This document shows, piece after piece, positions 12,066 through 25,200 of a DNA stretch of 64,000 nucleotides. Location of the stretch: assembly GCA_002269645.1 (NCBI GenBank), contig NIVC01002619.1:7580-71579 (forward strand), given 5' to 3'. The notes beneath the pieces were generated by a model. The model worked only from the letters and a program-made list of their open reading frames with translations, was not told where the DNA came from and made no database searches. The position numbers and the translations under genes are program-made. The number at the start of each line of letters is the position of its first letter. Within the stretch, counting starts at the first letter, position 1. This DNA is from Macrostomum lignano. Lineage: Eukaryota.

Positions 12066-15000
12066 CGGTTTCCATGCATTTCGGTGCCCGTGCTTTTTGG
12101 TGCCCAGCATTTTGGTGCCCCAGATTGTCTTTCGGTGCCCCAGTTTATATTATGCCAAAATGATGATAATAAAAAAGAAATCCTATAACAAATATAATAA
12201 ACGAGGCCAACTCCTCCGTTGGCGGAGTGAGGGGATAGATAGAACTCCCATCGCCAGAATTTCATTCCCCGAAACCATCAGCTGAATCCAATGACACGAA
12301 TCCCATCGTCCAAATCCTCTCCAAATCCTATATTAACCTCCCAAAAACCATGTTGTTTTACCTGTGTGCAAAAATTGACTGCCTGCCATCGTCCAGACTG
12401 AGACTCTCGTCTGTCTCCTCTCTCCTCTTTGCTCTCTCATCTCTAATCTCTCCTATCTCCTCTCTGCTCTCTCATCTCTAATCTCTCCTATCTCCTCTCT
12501 GCTCTCATCTCCTCGCTTATCTATCATTTCTCATGTCTACTCTCTTATCTCTCCTCACTACTTTCTCCTCTCAACTTTTTCCTCTCTCCTCTTTTATCTC
12601 TTCTCTCTCCTCTCCTTTATCTCCTCTCTGCTCTCTCATCTCTCTACTTTCTCCCCTCTCCTCTCTCCCTTATCCTCTTGCTTCTCTCTCCTCTCTCTCC
12701 CCTCATCTCTACTAATTTATCTCTTCTCTCTCGTCTTTTGGCTCTACTCCCTCTGTCTCCTCTTTCTCCTCTCTTACCCCTCTCCTCTCTCCTCTCAATT
12801 CCTTCATCTCTTCTCTCGCCTTTATTCTCTTTTTTTCTTTTCTCTAATCTGTCCCTTTTAATTCTCTCTTTTCATGTTCTCTTTCATCTAATCTTTTATC
12901 TACTCTAGCCTTTTCTCTTTTCTCTATTCCCTTTCAATTTAACCATTTCATCCTCTCCATGAAACAGCTATCATCAAAATCCTCTCCGTTAAACTGCAAT
13001 CTAGCTTGTATCATCCTCCTTCAAGCTACAATCCATCGATTTAAAAAAATACTATCTCTATCAAATTTCAGTCAATCAAGACTATGAAACTGAAGTCTAT
13101 AAAAATATGATTTTTACTTGTCTGGGTATACGTCAAAAAATCTTCCAAATCTTCCAAATCCTCCATAAAACCTCTGAAATATCATAGCATGTTTTCCCTG
13201 TTTACAAAAATTGACTGCCATCGTCCAGACTGAGACTCTCTCCTGTCGCCTCTCTCCTCTTTGCTCCTTTATCTAATCTCTTCTTTCTGCTTCCTGCTCT
13301 CCATCTCCTCTCTCATCTCTACTCTTACTTTCTTATCAATCACCTCCCATCTCTCATCTCTCCCCTCTACGCTCTCATCTCTATTTTCTCATCTCTATTC
13401 TCTCATCTTTCCCCTTTTGCTCTCTCATTTGTTTTTTCATCTCTCTCTTCTCTCCCTTCTCTTCTCGCTTCGCTCTCTCCCCTCTTCTCTCTATCTCTTC
13501 TCTCCTGTCTTCTCTCAATTCTCTCTATCTCTCCTCTTCTCTCTCATCTCTCATCTCTACTCGCTTATCTATCGCCTCTCCTCTACCCTGTCCTCTCTCT
13601 CTCCTCTTTTTTCTCTCTCGTATCTCCTCTCTGCTCTCAATTCTCATACTCCTATTTTCTCTCTTACCCTCTCCCTCTTCATCTCTCATCTTTCCCCTCT
13701 TCTCTCTACCGTCTCCTGTCTCATCTCTCCTCTCTCTTCTCTCTCCTCTGTACTATCTTATCCCTCCTCTCTCCTCCCATCTTTCCTCCCTCCTTTGCTC
13801 TCTCATTTTCCTCTCTCCCCTCCTTTCTTCCCTCTACTTTCTCTTCTCTTCGCTCTCCCTCTTCATCATTCCCGCCTCACTCCCCTCTTCTCTCCCCTCT
13901 GGCTCTGTCGTCTTTAATCTCTTATCTCTCATATCTACTGTCTTTCTATCATCTTTCTATCCTCTCTTCTCCTTGAAATCTCTCTTCTCTTTACTCTCTT
14001 ATCTGACGGACTGAAAGCGCCGATAATCAAACCAATTGAAATTTGTTACCAGCCTCCTCCATTACTGAATTTACTCAAATGATAGCTGGCCTGAATTTGT
14101 GTACTCAACCCCCCCCCCAACTACAATCTTGGCAGAAATTTTAAAAGTATGGAATCGTTTTTTCAATGCTGTGCTTTTTGTTTTCATATTTAAAGCAAAT
14201 AACTTAAATCCCCGAATTCAGCGTTGCAAGATCCTTCCAGCAATATAAGTCTCTCCTCTCAAAGTTAAAAAAAAGGAACAGTTAACGTCTGAACTTCCCG
14301 GTTCAAAGCATTAAGTATCGAGTGTACATTCACCTGCCTGCTGTTTATTCATTGAATTTCACTGCCCAGCTAATATACAGACAGGCTGCCTTTTGAAAGG
14401 CGCCGATAGTAAAACCAATTGAATCTCGACACAGTCCTATCTATCTGTTTACAATGTACATTGCTATGTACACTCAGCCCAAACCAACCCTCCGTTCTGG
14501 AGGGAAGCATTAAATTTAACTGAACCCCCCAACACGCGGGGGTTTTATTAGCATTGAACCCAGAACACGCATCAACCACCCCTCCAATACACAGCGACCT
14601 GCGGGGGGAGGTTGGGGTGGTTGTTTTTACAATAATGCCACTGGAGAGGCAAAGTGGCCAAAGAAGGTTAAGAAAACAGTTTTTTGCTTTTTTAACGGAC
14701 TTGACTTTTAATTTTTCAACATTAAAATAGCCTATTTGTTGCGTAGGAAAATTTTGAATTGATATATGTAAGTCCCGCATTTGAGTTGCCAGCCGTCTAG
14801 GAGGAGATACGCGTTAAACCCGGCCGGTCGATCGACCCACTCAGCTTTAGATATAAGAGATACTTTACAAAACATTTGATATTTTTAATAAAAGCAGTAT
14901 TAATTTTGTTAAACTGGCACATTTCTTGAAATTGGAAAAATCTATTCAATTTAATTGCATACATTTGCTGTATCCTGTATATACATGTAGTTTATGCATG

Positions 15001-15243
15001 TAGTTAAAACTACATGTAGTTTTGATCGAAATTATGAAATGTGACAAGTCTACATGTATTTTAGTTAGTACTGATTTTTTGAATCACCCGATCATGTTTT
15101 ATTTCACTTATAAATCACTTAAAGCACTTACTGCTAAATTAGAGCTCAATCTCTATATTTTGTGTCCAATTCTAATGTATAATTTGGCCACCAAAAAGCA
15201 AGCTGGGGCACCAAAAAGCACAGGCACCAAAGAGCGTGGATAC
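12066..15243. mobile_element. Possible 3.2-kb non-autonomous TIR element carrying CT-rich tracts
   Basis: The left end (tttcggtgcccgtgctttttggtgcccagc) is the inverted complement of 15196-15240 (gctggggcaccaaaaagcacaggcaccaaaga). No transposase or TSD was found. Confidence 0.4.
12405..14000. repeat. Two CT-rich tracts (12405-12920, 13240-14000), each preceded by a duplicated leader
   Basis: aaaaattgactgcc..atcgtccagactgagactctc occurs at about 12370 and 13205. Confidence 0.85.
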
Positions 15244-15636
15244 TAGAGGTCGGACGGGATCCCAATCCCGAAATCTCGGGATCCCAAGGAAAATTGAATT
15301 CCTATCATCCCATGGGACCAGAATCCCGACCCTAAAAAACTCGAGATTCGGGAACAGGTCTTTTGATTAATAATTTATAGAATTAGTGATTACTTGAAGG
15401 TATTTTGCTTTAACTTGTACTTGTTACATTATTTACTTTGTTGGTTACAAAACTTCATATCAATTTTGTTGTGTTTTACTTCTTGATCTTGAAAATTTTT
15501 TCTCAATTTTGTTTAACTTTACATGGACAATACACTAAAAGACCTGATATCCCAATTCCCGAAATCCCTGATCCCGAGAAAAAAATTATTCCCGATCCCG
15601 ATCTTGCCCGAAGATTTCAATCCCATCTGACCTCTA
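15244..15636. mobile_element. MITE with TAGAGGTCRGAYGGGAT terminal inverted repeats
   Basis: tagaggtcggacgggat at the left end and tcccatctgacctcta at the right end, with ATCCCG/CGGGAT subterminal motifs. No clean TSD. A related terminus is seen near 18570-18606. Confidence 0.6.
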
Positions 15637-17372
15637 AATGGCTCTAATGGATACCACCAGGCCTAACCTAAGCCAAGACAAGTAATGGCTAGAGTTCTAG
15701 CACTAGAACCCATTTTCTAATGGCTAGGCCCTATGGATCCAGCAGTCGAGTCTTCTGCAGGTAACTTTCATCTTTCATCTACTAGGCCCCCTAATGAAAT
15801 CTTAGAACATTAGTAGGCACTTCAGTGAGAAAATTAAATTTCAGAAATTGTTATAGGCTGCTATTTCACTAGATAGATCTTACTTTCCCATTTCCAAAAT
15901 GGCCAAACTTTAGTGATTTGGTTGAGTAATAAGGAAACTACAGCTATTTTAGTAACCCCAATTTGTGCCTTTAGCCAATGGAATTTTTACATTACGGTTT
16001 GTGATCATTTTTGGCCAAAAAGTTGGCTTTTGTCTTTGAACACTTGTAATTAATTTTCTAGCCAACCAAAATGACTGTGCTTGGTGTCATTTTGTTCAGT
16101 TTTTTAGTGTTAATTGTATGAATTATATATTTTAATATTATTTTATATGCCCAAGTTGCTAAGCTAATTGAAACAGGATGGGTGTATGAAATTTTGACTA
16201 TTTTAACCAGATACGCAATGATTGCAATTTTAAAAATACAATAGCATCTGTTCTGCTTGCTTAATTTATACAAGGCTAGTGTCATTTTGTTCAGGTTTTT
16301 ACCTACTATAATACTATTCTACTTCTTGCCCTAAATTTTTAATGCATGACAGACACCCCAACTGCAATGTAATGTGCTGTACAGGCTTTGCGCATGGGTT
16401 TATTAAAAAACGGTTTTGCCTATCGTGTTCAGCATAGCAGAATTAGTTAAATGACACAGAGAACTAGTTTGCCGGAAGGCAGAGTCTCACAAAAAACACG
16501 AAATACACGTTTCAATGGGTATTTTACATGTAAACGTATCAAAAAAAGAAACCTCCACAAAATTTTTGCGCCTATAGCTATTGGCAAGCGGTTTTTTTTA
16601 CTGTGCTTGTATTGTCAATAGGTAATGAAAAATATAAAGAGAAACAATGCAGGAAAAGGATTTCATGGAAAATTTTGGATTTGAAATTTTGCATAGAGCC
16701 ATATGGGCATTAAAAGAAAAAAAAATTTTTTTTTAACACCAGAAAAATGTTTCTAAATTATCCCTTTACACTATAAAACCTTTGTTTCCATTATAAGAAA
16801 CACATTGCAGCTAAGAAAAAGCATTTTCTGAACCACTGTTTTTTTATTCATTTTGGCTTCAATTTTATATTCCTCCTAAAAAATGGTCAACTTTAAAAAT
16901 AGACAGTGCAAAAAGTATAACAAAGCTAGACTTGCAGTTGGTGTCATTTGAAAGAGCTCCTTTTTACCTTTTAAATGCATATTTTACTTTCATCCTGGCT
17001 TCTATAGTTTCTTTAAAATCGCCCTTGAAAAATTGAACTTTTTTCTTACTTTTTTGCCATTGGCACGCACTTCTTATAACTCACTGAAGTCCCTAACATT
17101 AGAAGTTTTTTGCTTTGAATATCATTATTTTGTTTTGATCTTTTAGGGCCTAGGCCTATCTTGAACAAAATCTCAATATCAACCATCCATTAAAAAGTAA
17201 AATGTTTACTGCTATATTATACCCATAAATTGCACTGAATTCATAAAAGTTGGGACTCGAGATTGGTCGGGATTGGGATCAAGATTTATCATTGCATTGG
17301 CATCCAGGCTTACTTAGGTATGCGATGGCTAAGTACATGCTTTGGGGGCAACCTAGGCCTAGGGATTCACCT

Positions 17373-17670
17373 CATACGTGCGCAACAGTCGGCCGAGTCG
17401 GCCGATCCGGCCGACTGATTTGGCAGCCAACCAAGGAAGTCGCAAAAATGTCCACCTAAAAAAATACCTAAGTAGTAGTACTAAGTAGCTGACGAGGCAT
17501 TTTGGCTTAATAAAACAGTCATAGTTACTCCTGCCGTTTACCCAAAGTTGCGTTAATTTTGCTTTAGGGTTTTTTTACATGTAAGTCGCATTTTTGGCCA
17601 AAAACTACGTCGCATTTTTGTTAAAACTAAGTCGCACGGCCGACCGAATTTTGGAGGTTGCGCATGTATG
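17373..17670. mobile_element. hAT-type MITE, young copy
   Basis: TIR CATACRTGCGCAAC at both ends, perfect 8-bp TSD ATTCACCT, CpG-rich interior. Confidence 0.85.
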
Positions 17671-18801
17671 ATTCACCTGGCCGTTTCTATTGGCAACACC
17701 ACATGTAAGTCGCAATTGGACGGAATGATAGTCATGTGACTGCTCTCAGCCAATAGCGACTTACATGTGTGTGTTGCTAATAGAAACGGCCGAGTGATTC
17801 CCAAGGTTGCGCATGTATGGAAGTAAGGATCCTTTATTATTATAATAAATAGGCACATGTATTTATTAGTAGGCCTATATTATTAGTCAAGTGACATTAC
17901 TATACTAGCCTAACTTGTTTGTAGTTTAGTATAAGTTAGAGAGGCCCTACTTAGCCTACTACAGTACTAGATCGTAGAGGCCAGACAAACTCAGGTTTTG
18001 GTCAAGTCAAGTGACCAAACTTTGGGAGTTCGAACTGAGTATTCAAGTCAAGCTTTGTTGAGCAGTCGAGTTTTTGACAATGTTGGACTGTTGAACTGAA
18101 CGGGGAACCGAAAATCCGGTCATCAGTCGAGTAGAAAGAAAATTCGGTAGTTAGTGAATTTCAAACCTCAACCTATTTGACTATTGTCATATTTTTTGCA
18201 CTAAACTTTGTAATTTTTATTTTGTTAGTATTTCCAATAATTAAAGATTATTAAATAATACCTTCAGTAAAAAATCGGGCTTTTCAATTATTTTTTGTTT
18301 GAGTAACTTAATCAATTCATTTAAGTGAAGATATTCTAGGAAATCAAAAATAACCTCGAAGGCTCGCTCGAAGTAAATAAACGAATCAATTTGGCATACT
18401 GCCATACTTGCCTCATTTAGTCCTTTTTGAAATTGCTTCTAAGCGATTTTTTGGGTATACTTAAAATTAAAAAACCTTTTATAAACCCGCCGAACTTTTC
18501 CCGACTCCTGACACTTACTCCCGACATGGTCGGCAATCTGAAAAAACACCCGGGTCCCAACCAAGAACCAAGTTGGGATCGGGATCGGGATCCCGGTCGG
18601 GCTCTACTAGGTTCTATGTATTATCTTGCAATAGCAGCATACTTCTATGGTGATCACCTTCCTGCTGACTGGCCAGCCTTTGCCTTCCTTCGTATTAGCT
18701 CCCCTGGTGACCTGGTCCTGGTGCCTTGTATTGCTTTGACTGCTGCTTGGAGTTGGATTCTGGCTAGGCTAGAATTGATAAACTTATGTTTTGTCCACTG
18801 T

Positions 18802-19120
18802 TATACATGCGCAACAGTCAGCCGAGTTGGCTGATCTAGCCAACCAATTTGGTGGCCAACCAAGGTAAAATGCAAAAATGCCCATCCTAATTCCTAGGGG
18901 CCTAATAAATACCCAAATAGTACTAAGTAGCTAATGAGACATTTTGCCTTAATAAGACAATCATAGTTACTCCTGCCATTTACCCAAAGTTGCATTAATT
19001 TTACTTTAGGGTTTCTTTTACGTGTATATCACATTTTTGGCCAAAAACTACATTACAATCATATTTTTTGTTAAAATTATGTTGCATAACTGACCAAATT
19101 TTGGAGGTTGCGCATGTATG
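18802..19120. mobile_element. hAT-type MITE, older CpG-decayed copy of the same family
   Basis: Colinear with 17373-17670, same TIRs, diverged TSD TCCACTGT/TCTATTGT. Confidence 0.8.
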
Positions 19121-22100
19121 TCTATTGTTACCAAATGCTGTTGAAATCAATTGGGATTAGCCAGGGACTGCCATGCTGCAGGAATTCCCACATCTGCAGG
19201 AATTCTATGTACTAGTATAGGTCCTATAGGAAACAGGAAAGTATAGTTTTTTTAAAGTGTCTATATGAATTTTAAAATAAATCTAATAAAGTCAAGTTTA
19301 CCTATTTTGTTATATATTAGACTTGAGGTTTTATAGGTTCTCTATATTGTTGAGAGAAACAAGGTGTTTGAAAGTATGTCCCATATTATAACTTTGAAAA
19401 GAATGTTCCCTGATTTTATTATTCTAGAAACCATGAAACTTTCTCCTAAAAAGTTTTATACCTTTTGACAAACAGTATTCATATATATCTAAACCAATAA
19501 GGCTTAGCTACACAAGCTCATGAGTAAAACCAAATTTTTGTTGCTTGCTACTGAAGCCAACAAGGGGCAAAGTCACCTAGCAATAGTTATCTGCTATTTT
19601 TAAGGTTGGGAGATTCAAATAGTTTTGCTAGGCATACTTATTATCCATGCAACAAATGCAAAAATACAATTATAGATGTAAACAGGAACAATAAATATGT
19701 AGACAAACATAGTAGAAAGATGAGCAACTGTGTTTCTCTTATGTAAAACTATTATACTATAATTATGTGGTTCAATGGCTAGTAGTATAAAATTGGTCTA
19801 GGATCAAGGTGCAGCTTAGCTGGACATTGGAGGATATAGCCCTCATCATGCTTACAATGCCTAGAAGAAGGCCATTGATTCCCTTCCTTAAAGGATTTGC
19901 TTCTGTTATATTCTATTCAACCTGCTTTGTTAGTTTCCCAATATAAAAAAATTATAACCAGTCAGCTAATTTGTTAGAAATAAAAATGTTGAAATTTCTA
20001 TGGCCTGTCAAGACTAGATTGTTGCAGCTTGTAGTTGTGAGGCAAATCTTGGATTAGTTTGATTTGTTGAAAACCTTCAACAAACATTGTGATGAGCTTG
20101 CTAGTCAAATAGACCATATAGCTCAAATTCAAGCAATGCTGCAAGACCCACTTACTAAGCCACTTCTGCTGGTCAATGACTATAGCATCACTATAGAGCA
20201 CCTTGAGCAGCTTTTCTAAAGTGGAAACATATAGGTTCCTGCCTTGTTGTATATTTCTATGGTTGAACTCTATAAGTCTTGGCTATTGTGTTTATCTTGA
20301 TTTTAATTGACTACATTGAAAACGGGAATTTGATCCTAGTATGGGAAAGTAAAAAAAAATTAGTTGCTGTGGGGCCTAGGATCAGCCTAGAATAGCTAAA
20401 GATTCTGCTTGCTCATTGTGTGCTAGATCTGAATTTGTTCTTGTATGAAATCATGGCACTTACCAAATAGTCACCTTTTTATTAGCAATTGTTATATAAT
20501 GATGGCATGAATTTTTATAACATATCAAGAGTGTTAGCAATGTAGCACTTTGCACTCAGTTACTTGGGTGGTCAGCAAGTCTTGAATTCTGTTTGCCATT
20601 TCTGTTATAGTGACTTGCAGGCTATGCTAATAATCATCTTCTAGGCTTTCTCTCATGCTTGAACCTCGCAAATTATTTCTTAACTATAGTATAAGATGGT
20701 ATGTCATCTTCAAAGGTGGCCATTATGTTGAAATGAATTTCCTATGGCAAATATTTGATGATAGTGTGATGCTAGATTTTTTATGACAAATGTTAAAAAT
20801 GGTTTTCTAAAATAAAAGCTTTTTTAGGTCTTTCATAAAGCCAATATGCTTCAAATTGAGTTAATAAACTCTCAATATATAGTGAATTGAATAACTAACA
20901 TAAGGTAGGTAAGATAACTGCTTCTATGTTAGGCTGCAAACTTTTTTTATCAACCCTTGCATTGCAATTCTATCCTACCAAGATAAAATAAAAAGAATCA
21001 TGAATTGACAATCTATGCAAGCAAAAAAATAAAAAAACTAAATGTTTAAAAATTGTTTTTATCTGTCACTATGAATTTGTCATTCAATGCATTTGTCACA
21101 AAAAAATTAACAAAGATTTTTTTATATTGGAAAGACAAAACAATATCTATATAATAGAACTAAAGAACCAAAGGTATGGCAAATATTGTGGGTAAGAAAG
21201 TTTAAATAATGAGGTCTATCTGGGGTCTACCTATTGCTACCTATATAAGGAGTATTGGCTTTGACTTTTGCTTCTTTTTTGAGAAAAAAAGTTGCCTATA
21301 ATACTTAATAAATTATATTAAATGAGTAGTGTATATATGATTTTATAATATATAATACATTTGATTATAGTTTTAAGGAAAATTATGAGTCTTGATTTAG
21401 GATTTATTTTAATCTGGGTATTGAGGTGGGCAGCAGCTACTGTGTGCCAAATGAATTTGTATTTGTAGAGAGCAAAAAGTTCTTATAGGTGTATGTATAC
21501 AATCAGGTTAAATAGGCCAATGCAACAATTAGTCAGTCAACTCCAACTCCTACACACTAGGCTAGGTGGGCAACCCCTACTAGGTTAGTGGCACACAGAT
21601 TTGGCATGATGAGCAGGTTGGTTGAAGGGCACCTAAATGGCTGCCTTCAGGTGCACTTGTACTTGACTGCCACAGTATGATAATTTTTAAATGAGGGTCC
21701 ATTTAATAAAGGATAATATTACAAGTTATTTAGAATCAAACCTTTGAAGTAATCCCAGACTTTATACAAATAAAAAATTAGGAAACCAGGATGCTAATAT
21801 ATACCTTAGTTCCATTATACAAGAATAGATTGGGAGGGAAAGAGACCCTGTCTCTAATAACCCACACTAGATTTTGCCTAAGGAAATGATGGTCTCCTCT
21901 TGGAAAATGTGCAATGTCTAGGTGAGGCTTTTGGAGTCCATGAGCTATGGCAATGGAGTATGTACCTATGGTACCAGGATTGAAAGATGCAAGATAAAGA
22001 CAAACAGGGGAAGTAAGGGTTGATAGAGACCAGAGGTTGGCAAAAGTTTTACTTAAAACTTTACACTAACATTGTAAAATCTCAAAAGACCCTAGTGCCT

Positions 22101-22294
22101 GATAGAGAGGCTTTATGGGCTGCATGTAGCCTGTAGGCCGGAGTTTGCTCACCACTGATTAAGATATCAATATCATGCCGCTACTTGTGAGTAGTGCTAC
22201 TAGTAAATTTGTCCAATTTTAGCACTGTGAACAAAAGCCAAGTGCAGAAAATGTATTTCCTATTTACCAAAAAATTGCATGCCAATCAAACGCA

Positions 22295-25200
22295 ATGTCC
22301 GCTTCGGCAATTTACATCCTGGACACCAAGGGCAAGGTGTTAATTAGCAGGAATTATCGCGGCGATGTGCCAATGTCTACTATTGAAAAATTCATGCCTC
22401 TATTGGTTGAGCGAGAAGAAGAGGGCACAGTACAGCCTGTGCTGTCATGTGACGATGCCTATTTTATGTACATCTCGCATAACAATGTCTACCTGGTTGC
22501 CACCACTAGGAAGAATGCCAATGCCGGTCTCGTGTTCACCTTTCTGCACAAAATTGCCGACGTGTTTGTTGAGTACTTCAAAGACCTTGAGGAGGAGAGC
22601 ATTCGGGATAATTTTGTGATTGTGTATGAACTGCTCGACGAGGTTATGGACTTTGGATTTCCGCAGACTACAGATACGAGAATTCTGCAGGTAACGATTA
22701 GCTTGCTTAGCTTACCTTGTCCCTAATTAATTATCAAAATCCCAATCTGACTAATTAATTATCGAAATCTTAATCTTAATACCAATAATAATCGATCTCC
22801 CAGGCCTCCCAAGCCTACTAATTATTTATCAATATCTCAACCCTACTAATTAATTATCGATATCTCAACCCTACTAATTAATTATCGATATCTTAAACAT
22901 ACTAATTGATTGTCGATATCTCAAACCTACCAAATAATTATCAATATCCCAAGCCTACCAAATAATTATCAATATCCCGACCCTACCAATTAATTATCGA
23001 TATCCCAACCCTACCAATTAATTATTGATATCCCAAGTTTACTAATTAATTATTAATGTCTCGACCCTACTAACTACTTATCGATATCCAAACCCTACTA
23101 ATGTATTATCGATGTCCCAATTCCTACTAGATAATTATCGGTATCTTAACTTTACTACTTAGTTATCGTTATCTCAACCATATAAATCAATTATCAGTAT
23201 CTTAAACCTACTAATAATTTATCGATATTTTCAAATCCCTGCTAATTAATTATGATATCTCCTAATTCCTAATAATTAGTTTTAAAAAATCTCCTAATCG
23301 CTACCCATTAACTATTAACATCTTCCAATACTTACAATTTAGTTTTGAATAGTCTAATCCCTACTAATTACTTTTAATATCCAAATCCCCTCTTTAATTA
23401 TAGAAATCCCATAATTGACTTTTTAAATTCCCCAAAAAACAAGGAGTTCATCACCCAGGAGAGCCACAAGCTGGAGGTGGCCCCGAAACTGCCGCCAGCC
23501 GTTACTAACGCCGTCTCGTGGCGCTCCGAGGGCATCAAATATCGCAAAAACGAAGTCTTCCTAGACGTTATCGAAAGCGTCAATTTGTTAGTAAGCGTTA
23601 GCGGCAACGTGTTGCGCAGCGAAATTGTTGGCAGCGTTCGTATGCGAGACTATCTGAGCGGAATGCCCGAACTGAGGCTGGGTCTCAACGATAAAGTTCT
23701 GTTCGATGCTACTGGAAGTAAGTTGTTTGATTTTTTCATTATCTTTGAAAATACATGGAGAAAATTGTATGTCGGCTACACTACTTAACTTAGTAGCTGA
23801 ATTTGCATTCTATATCCACAAAATAGCGGGTCCTTTAATACTACTAACTAAGTAGCTGAATTTGCATTTTTAATCTACAAAATAACGGTCTATTTACACT
23901 ACTTACTAAGTACCGAATTCGAATTTTAAATCCACCAAATAGTGTGTCTATTTACACTACTTACTAAGTACCCGAATTCGAATTTTAAATCCACCAAATA
24001 GTGTGTCTATTTACACTACTTACTAAGTACCCGAATTCGAATTTTAAATCCACCAAATAGTGTGTCTATTTACACTACTTACTAAGTACCCGAATTCGAA
24101 TTTTAAATCCACCAAATAGTGTGTCTATTTACACTACTTACTAAGTACCCGAATTCGAATTTTAAATCCACCAAATAGTGTGTCTATTTACACTACTAAC
24201 TAAGTAGCTGAATTTGCATTTTTAATCTACAAAATAACGGTCTATTTACACTACTTACTAAGTACCCGAATTCGAATTTTAAATCCACCAAATAGTGTGT
24301 CTATTTACACTACTTACTAAGTACCCGAATTCGAATTTTAAATCCACAAATAGTGTGTCTATTTACACTACTTACTAAGTACCCGAATTCGAATTTTAAA
24401 TCCACAAAATAGTGTGTCTATTTACACTACTTACTAAGTAGCTGAATTCGAGTTTTAAATCTACAAAAGCGTGTCTATTTTTACACTACTTACTTATTAA
24501 GTAGCAGGATTCGCATATTCAATCCTAAATACTCGACATTTCTTCATTTTTCAGGAGGCAAGAGCAAATCTGTCGAATTGGAGGACGTCAAATTCCATCA
24601 GTGCGTCCGTCTCTCTAGGTTTGAAAACGACCGTACGATCTCTTTTATACCGCCCGACGGTGACTTTGAGCTGATGTCCTACCGGCTTAATACTCAGGTT
24701 AAGCCGCTAATCTGGGTTGAATGCGCCGCGGAACGTCACGCGCATAGTCGAGTCGAGTACATGATCAAGGTGAGCTGGAGTTTGATCTATTGGCGTTTGA
24801 CTATACCGATGGGTTAGTAGAATCCACCGATGGGTTAGTAGACTCTACCGATGGATTAGTAGTCTCTACCGATAGGTTAGTAGACTCTACCGATGGGTTA
24901 GTAGACTACCGATGGGTTAGTAGACTCTACCAATGGATTAGTAGACTCTACCGATGGGTTAGTAGACTACCGATGCGTTAGTAGAATCCACCAATGGGTT
25001 AGTAGACTCTACCGATGGGTTAGTAGACTCCACCGATGGGTTAGTAGACTCTACCGATGGGTTCGTATTTAGTAGACTCTACCGATGGATTAGTAGACTC
25101 TACCGATGGGTTAGTAGACTCTACCGATGGATTAGTAGACTCTACCGATGGGTTAGTAGACTACCGATGGATTAGTAGACTCTACCGATGGGTTAGTAGA

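Noticed and set aside
10013-13917. Ser/Leu-rich and Arg/Glu-rich ORFs
   Set aside because: CT/GA low-complexity tracts lack stop codons by composition.
14370-14780. 136-aa minus-strand ORF
   Set aside because: No recognisable motif or splice support; lies within probable repeat-derived DNA.
19790-19925. Frame with 9 stops in 42 codons, first read as Arg (CGN) codons deaminated to stops
   Set aside because: The other two frames are nearly open, so the true frame cannot be chosen; only the CpG depletion is reported.
23640-23660. Asp in MRDYLSGMPE where mu1 usually has Val
   Set aside because: A single substitution or possible base error; the YxxPhi-binding FLD and LPWVR motifs are intact.
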